A stretch of 43,964 bases of DNA, counting the filler, from Catajapyx aquilonaris (Eukaryota), in NCBI GenBank assembly GCA_000934665.2. It is 2 parts of 2 records of this genome, joined end to end, with 100 filler letters (N's around TTAATTAATTAA, not from the genome) between each part and the next. Parts side by side here need not be neighbours in the genome. Positions count along the whole stretch, not along the records: positions 21,886 to 43,964 come from JYFJ02005975.1; 1 more part is not named here. One strand, written 5' to 3'. This document shows positions 37,911 through 43,964 of this stretch, piece after piece. The stretch's first letter is position 1. The number at the start of each line of letters is the position of its first letter. The notes beneath the pieces are model-generated. The model had not been told where the DNA came from, ran no database searches, and saw nothing but the letters and a program-made list of their open reading frames with translations. Both the position numbers and the translations under genes were made by a program.

Positions 37911-39399
37911 TACGGTAGCAAGCCCCTCGCCAGATGGGAGTTGTCAGAATCAGTAGGAAGTTGGAGAGGAGGAAAGGAGGAGGGGGAAGGAGGAGGAGGA
38001 GAGGGAGTGTATTAGTACCCGGGGAACTGTGTCAATATTTGGTCAGCGCCGCACCCATCTCCTGGCCTTCCATGTTTAGGAATAGCGAACGAGTACATTG
38101 CGGTCTAAAAGTTGGTCCCAAGAAGACCAAAGGAAAATGGAAGAGAATTCTTATATGAACAGGAAAAAAAGTCAGAAAAATATTTACTTATAAAAGTAAC
38201 TACACTATTTAATCACCATTAGGAATATTTGAATAAAAAACAATATTTGCGCAGTTAATGTGTGATTATATTTTAGAAGCCGCGATATCAAACCATGTGA
38301 AAAGAGCGAGCTATGTCATTTTGCTATTTACACAGCGGGACCCTAAAATAAATATGAACTATTGATTTACATTGCGATTAACAGGCCCTGACAGTGCGTC
38401 ACCAACCACACACACTATCGACTATGTGCAGGCACAATTCGCAATTTTCCATCTTCAAGTTCAGCAAATAAAGTTGCATATATAATATATATAGACCTAC
38501 ACAATAATTATCAAAGTGGCGCACTTTTTAATTATTTACAAACTCTCCACGAAATAGTATTGTACTGTTTATTGCATAGTTTCTGCCAGTAGGGCGCACT
38601 GTTGTCCACAAATGCTCTGGCACAATCTCACCCCACCTGGCACAACCTCACCACCGTTTGACTGTATATCTTGTAATTTTGCAGATTTGTGTCTCAGACT
38701 CTCAGAAGGCTATTGTTGTAAAATAATCTAAAGTCTGGTCCTCAGTATCTACACTGCACAAGTTTTTGAACCCACATAAAAATAAACGATCGCAACCCGC
38801 CCCCTCCAGGCGTCGAATTCATTACAGAAACGGTGTTTATGCTGCTGAAAATCAATTTTATAAGATGGTGAGGAGGAGGTTGGAAGCCTGTGGTATATAT
38901 ATTTTTTTCTTTATTCTTCTTCCCCCCCCCCCTCCCTCCCCTTCTTCTCAACCACTTCTTCCTCCGCCATCTTGCTCCCGAGATTGATAGACGTGCTATT
39001 GTGCCAGGGGGTAGGGCGTCTGCTGGCGGAGCATTGATCAGGGGAGAGCCCCCCCCCCCTCCTCTTCTCCCCCCCACCCATTCCAACCCCCCCATATCTT
39101 CCCAAACTCGCAGTCACCCCCCCCTCCCTCCCACATCATCTTATTCTTCTTCTGTCTAGAGGAAGAAAAGAGCGGTTCCTGACTCCTCTTTGTTCCTAGG
39201 GGGTGCCCCCTTTTGTCTTGCAAACCCCCTCCTCCTCCACCACCCAACCCCCTCCCATTGCAGCAGAAGCGTAGTTTGTGTGATGGCGGGGGCCATTTCA
39301 ATGCTGCCAAATGCACCAGTCAGCTCTTGGTAATTTCCGGGGTTCATTAGACTCGCTTTTCCTTTATATCTGTCGGGGGCCAATCGAAACCGTTATGCT

Positions 39400-40380
39400 G
39401 CTAAAAAGACCTGTTTGTTTTTGTCACTATTGTGCGAAAGGGGGATTGTTTTCTCCAGCAACCACGTTCGAAAAGCTAGTGGGTCACACTAAACCAGTGA
39501 GTGACGACCCATCAACATTTTTGGGTGGCATTCACTCGGAGGTTCCCTGCTGCGAGGAGGGTCTCTCTTTCTCTTTTGTTTCCTTCCTCTGGCAACCCGC
39601 AGGTCAAGGGGCATATCAGATGTCCTGGTCCCTGGTCCTGTTTGATGGGAAATGGGTCGGGTAATTTGACACCTTCGGTAGAGAAAACCTCCCTCCCCTT
39701 CTGTGGTCGAAAACGCAGGTATTGTTGCAAGCAGCCTGCTGATACATTGTATGTCCCTCCTCAAAACAGGAAAAAAAAAGAGAGGAACTGTATAAACTAA
39801 CGGTACCGGTGCAACAATACACCGGGTTTCACCAGGTGTTTTAAACTGCCTGTTAATCGTCTTGTTAATACAACCGGTGGCCTAAGTTTGCAGATATACA
39901 CTGCACCGTTTACCTTTCAAAAAATAATTAAAACGCACCCTGTTACGTCATTTTGGCATGGGTGTGTGTTTGAGGGGGTGGTATGAATCCGCAATGTACA
40001 CCACAGCGGTCCCGCGAGCCGGTTGATATTAATTAAAATTTATTATAATTGTGTTTGACTCCACCCCCCGACATGTTGTTCTCCACACCAGACACCACCT
40101 GGGGGGGTTGGGTGGTGCATGGTGGGGGGCCATGTGCATGAAACGGAGCGAGTGACTGGACACTTGTCACACACTGGTCCAGCAGGCCGCAATGATAGAC
40201 CCCACCCTAACCCAAAACGCACTACACCATTTCCCCCGGATAGGTATGTGACACATATCCCCACCTCATCCCCCCCGGAGGGAAGGGGGTGGGGTGGGAC
40301 AGATCATTATTCGTTTTTCGGTCGACCGTACAGGGCCAGTGGGGTGCCAAAAGTCGCCAAATTTGGACACACACGATGAA
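39400..40380 (-). pseudogene. Decayed CTL fragments
   Basis: SCVSKFGDFWHPT...TEKRIMIC..LPSGGDEVGICV (40250-40376); KRKRD...RTWLLEKTI (39440-39580). Confidence 0.45.
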
Positions 40381-40415
40381 AAACACTATTCGCCACACGA
40401 TTTATTTAGGAGATG

Positions 40416-40680
40416 TACAGTCGCCGAAATGAGTAAGGTAGCAGACCTGAAATAGGTGTGCAACTCACACTTGAAATGAGTGAGATTCCACACCTATAAT
40501 TGAGACCTAATATTGAGACAAACACCAGTATTATTATGTAAGCGGCATATCCTGGAATGAAATGAACAGTCGCTGAAATTAGTAAGGTAGCAGACCTGAA
40601 ATGAATAAGGTAACCTCGAGAGTAACATGATCATTTCCGCGACTGTTCATCTCAGGATATGCCGGTGTTTGTCTCAATAT
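40416..40680. mobile_element. Foldback/MITE-like remnant
   Basis: Direct repeat CAGTCGCyGAAAT.AGTAAGGTAGCAGACCTGAAAT x2, plus an imperfect inverted repeat 40510-40579 / 40633-40680. Confidence 0.6.
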
Positions 40681-41008
40681 TTACTCCTTTCTATCAATTT
40701 TTTTCACTGCGCGTGGTACAGTACTGTACTAGTTTTAAAAAAAATCATTAAATACACACACATAGAGAGGATCCCCCCTCAAAGTTGGGCAAATCAATCC
40801 CGTGTATACACCCAGGCTGCTCCACACCTGTGGGTACAAAGGTCCCCCAGGTGAATAGGGGTGTCCTTTTGTTTAGGAAACCCTGGCATAGGGGGGGGAG
40901 CAGGATTTGAACATCCTTTCACCAAACATCGACAGTACACTGTGGAAGGGAGAGAGGGTGTATAGCCCTCCCTTCCCCTTCCCCCCCCCCCTTCCGGCGG
41001 CGATTAGA

Positions 41009-41320
41009 TAGGGCAAACGCCGAGGGGGACCAGTCCAAACACTCTCGGCTATCAGTTTCTGGCCTGTTTGCTGGGGGGTGACCAGTTTGGGGTGCTACTG
41101 ACAAGGTTTTTGGGTGGAAGGGGGGGGGGGGACTAGGGGAGGCTACACCCCCTACCCAGTGGGGATTAACGGTGGATTCTCGCATGAATTTTCACAATTA
41201 ATTAGGCCTATGTGTGTTGTGGTACAGGCACTGTCAGAGTTGGGTCGATGCGAGGCCTATCAGCAGGGTATGATGGAAGCCCAACAACTCACATGGAACA
41301 CCACTTATGTGTGCAGGGAG
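41009..41320 (+). pseudogene. Decayed CTL domain
   Basis: GKRR...FWPVCWGVTSLGCY* (x10 spacing), then PMCVVVQ..GRC...YVCRE. Confidence 0.5.
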
Positions 41321-42109
41321 GGGTTGGGTTGTTGCCCGCACTCGATGCCCCTAAGTGGAGGGTAAATTGTTTTGTGAAAAATTCATTTGTTTTTTTTCAA
41401 AATCAATCTACACTCGCCGCTTTTGTCTTTTTTTTTCATTTTTAACCTGGCCAGTTATGTGACGTTGACGGTGATGCGCTGGGGCTGAGAATTTGCGTTG
41501 TGCATAAACCAAAATGTGTGCCCAAAGTACTCGTGTATAGTTTTTGGCTAAAGTGCGTGGGTACACAGCAAAGCGGGGGGGACCATATTATTAGTAGGGG
41601 CGGAGTGATGGTGATTAATAAATGCATTCAAATGCATTTTAGCAGCCCGCTTCCGACATGCTGCGCTTTACAGATATGAGCTATATAGAACGCTAGATTT
41701 TTTTCGGGTCATATTAAAGTTATAGAAGCAGCATTTGTAGATGGTTTTCTCATTCAATTACTAAAATTAGCTGTATTAATTAAATTTCATTATTGATAAT
41801 TAGCAATTGCAGAAGAGAATGCAATTGCTTCTTGGTTACGTTAGCAGTGTCTAGAGTTGTTTTGCGATGGTTTTCACCGACTACTAAGGAAAGTAGCAGC
41901 TATTATATAAGAGAGGTGTTCACACTTCTTGGATTAGTAGTCCTTATTACTACTCACAGAGGATTTCATTTGTTCATTTTTTGGACGATTTTAACAGTCA
42001 TCAATAGCAGCAGGTCGCAGTCAGTTTTAATGAATATTTTTCATAATGCCACTGTTAGTAGCAGCTATTACTACAGGTTACTTAAGACAGACAGTAATCG
42101 TCAGCAATG

Positions 42110-42179
42110 TAGTTTCAGCAAAATAACTAAAAATCTGTCGGTTATAACCGACAGATTTTTAGTTATTTTGCTGAAACTA
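42110..42179. repeat. Perfect 70-bp palindrome with no spacer
   Basis: Checked base by base: 35 consecutive complementary pairs centred on 42144/42145. Confidence 0.97.
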
Positions 42180-43444
42180 AATTTTGCTAAACTAAAATAA
42201 TATATTATTTGGTTATTTTATTGAAAGCCTGTAAGTACAACCGTGTCCCAGCCATGTACAAAATTCAAGTTTGGTTATTAACGATCATAATTATTATACT
42301 CGCATAATATATTAAATGCAAATATTTGTGGGAGAATAAAACATGCGTGAAGCTAATGCGCCAGCGGGTGTGAACCCGCATTTATTTATTAAACAGAAAG
42401 GCATGAAAAGGAAAATTCGGAATCAAATAAATTGCGACGCTAGTTAAGCAGTTAATTAGAGGTATAGCAAGTAGGTATATCCCTTCCAACAACCCATCCG
42501 ATTAAAAAAAAAATGCCCCCCCCCCCACCCCCGAAAAAAAACCTCTCTCTGAACAATATTCCATTACCATTGACGAGCCATAAAAGTAATCAACATCGGG
42601 TCCGGATTGGGGGCTGCCCGGATTATTTACGGTCCAGCCATAATCACAGCATGCATCATGTCGCAATAGTTTAATAACCGAGGGGGGTTAGCGTATATCT
42701 CTGCAATTGTGACCATTTTTTTTGTGTGTGTGTGTGCAGCTCTTGTCGAATACCATCAACAACTAGGTCCTCTCTAATCCTCCTCATCTACTCCCTCTGC
42801 CACCATCCGCGCCTTGCCCTGTGAAATATCGACATGTTCGCACCTCCCCCCTCAGCCTCTCTCCCCTCCCCGATTCTCCCCCATTCCCCCTGCCACACCA
42901 CCTAAACCCCTGAAACCATCTCAGGGCTGGAATCGCGGCAATGCCTCTGCAAGCTAGGCAGACTGAACCGCTTCCGCCGCCACCGAGACGACGAGGCTGG
43001 GAGGGGATGGGAGGATGGGGTGGGTGGCCAGGATTTTGGGGTTTTGGGGTTGTTGGGTGCTGCTGGGGGAGGGTGGAGAGAGGCGAGGGGAGGGCTAACC
43101 CCTACTTGACCAATGTGGACACCTGTAGGCCCCGACTTTGGCCTCTTACAAACACGAATTTTGGAGGAATGAGTTGGGCTCCAGCACGTGCTGATACCTC
43201 TAAAACTAGTCTACAATTGGAGTGCGCACCCACGTTCGCGCACACTCTAGCACAATGCGCGCGCAGGTTAGGACCATGCGCGCGCCTCTCTCCCGGATAC
43301 TATTTACGCCCTCACTCGGTTGCACGACTTTGCGACCGACAAAAATGGGATGTCCGGTCAGAACGACTGGAGTCATGCGACGGCCAAACCGACCAAAATA
43401 GAAACGATCGCATGCCTATACAGTCATTCCGACCGGACAGTCGG

Positions 43445-43785
43445 GCTACCAATTTTAGTCTGTCGCACGACCATCACAGGCGCTTTGCGACCAATTTTTG
43501 TCTGTCGCACGACCAGACGCTTTGCGACCAATATTTGTCGGTCGCACGACTAGACTATTTGCGACCAATTTTGTCTGTCGCACGACCAGACGGTTTGCGA
43601 CCAATTTTGTCTGTCGCACGACCAGACGGTTTGCGACCAATTTGTGTCGGTCGCATGACTAGATTCTTTGCGGCAATTTTTGTCGGTCGCACGACTGGAC
43701 TATTTGAGACCAATTTTTGTCTGTCGCACGGCTAGACTCTTTGCGACCAATTTTTGTCGGTCGCACGACCAGACGCGTGCGACCG
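43445..43785 (+). repeat. 36-37-bp tandem repeat, about 9 copies, each with an internal hairpin TGCGACC...GGTCGCA
   Basis: Unit TTGCGACCAATTTTGTC(T/G)GTCGCACGACCAGACGGT, with an inverted partial unit at 43331-43346. Confidence 0.95.
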
Positions 43786-43964
43786 ATGCTCAAATCGTGA
43801 TGGTAGGCCTCATTTCCAGTACAGTCCACTACACTTCCATCGCCCTGCTGATATTTCAAGGGAGTGAGCGACAAGGTTGCTGACGCCATCGGATGGAGGC
43901 TATTCTCCCACCCCCACCCACTGCTGGATCCATTTTTCTTCTCCTCCTCATCCCCCCCCCCCTC

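Noticed and set aside
42941..43735. 264-aa ORF as a gene
   Set aside because: Its length is explained by G-rich low complexity and the tandem repeat.
43445..43785. CRISPR array (palindromic ~36-bp repeats)
   Set aside because: No unique spacers, no cas genes, eukaryotic context.

Overview
Eukaryotic (animal) genomic DNA. Frequent TTTCAG acceptors and very short introns look nematode-like, but the taxon cannot be established. I see no intact multi-exon gene, RNA gene or CRISPR array. The main signal comes from manual six-frame translation: much of the apparently intergenic sequence is a field of heavily decayed C-type lectin (CTL) domain gene relics, at roughly 20 loci on both strands. Several share one architecture: signal-peptide exon, short phase-1 intron, AP...R-x-R/K-R pro-segment, then tandem CTL domains. 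All calls are by eye without an HMM, so the weaker ones may be over-fitted. Also present are one intact signal-peptide exon next to a GC-rich block (15677-16570), a 4-copy non-autonomous Helitron-like family, MITE/foldback elements, 29-bp and 36-37-bp tandem arrays, a perfect 70-bp palindrome and microsatellites. An artificial N44-TTAATTAATTAA-N44 linker at 21786-21885 means the two halves may not be truly adjacent.
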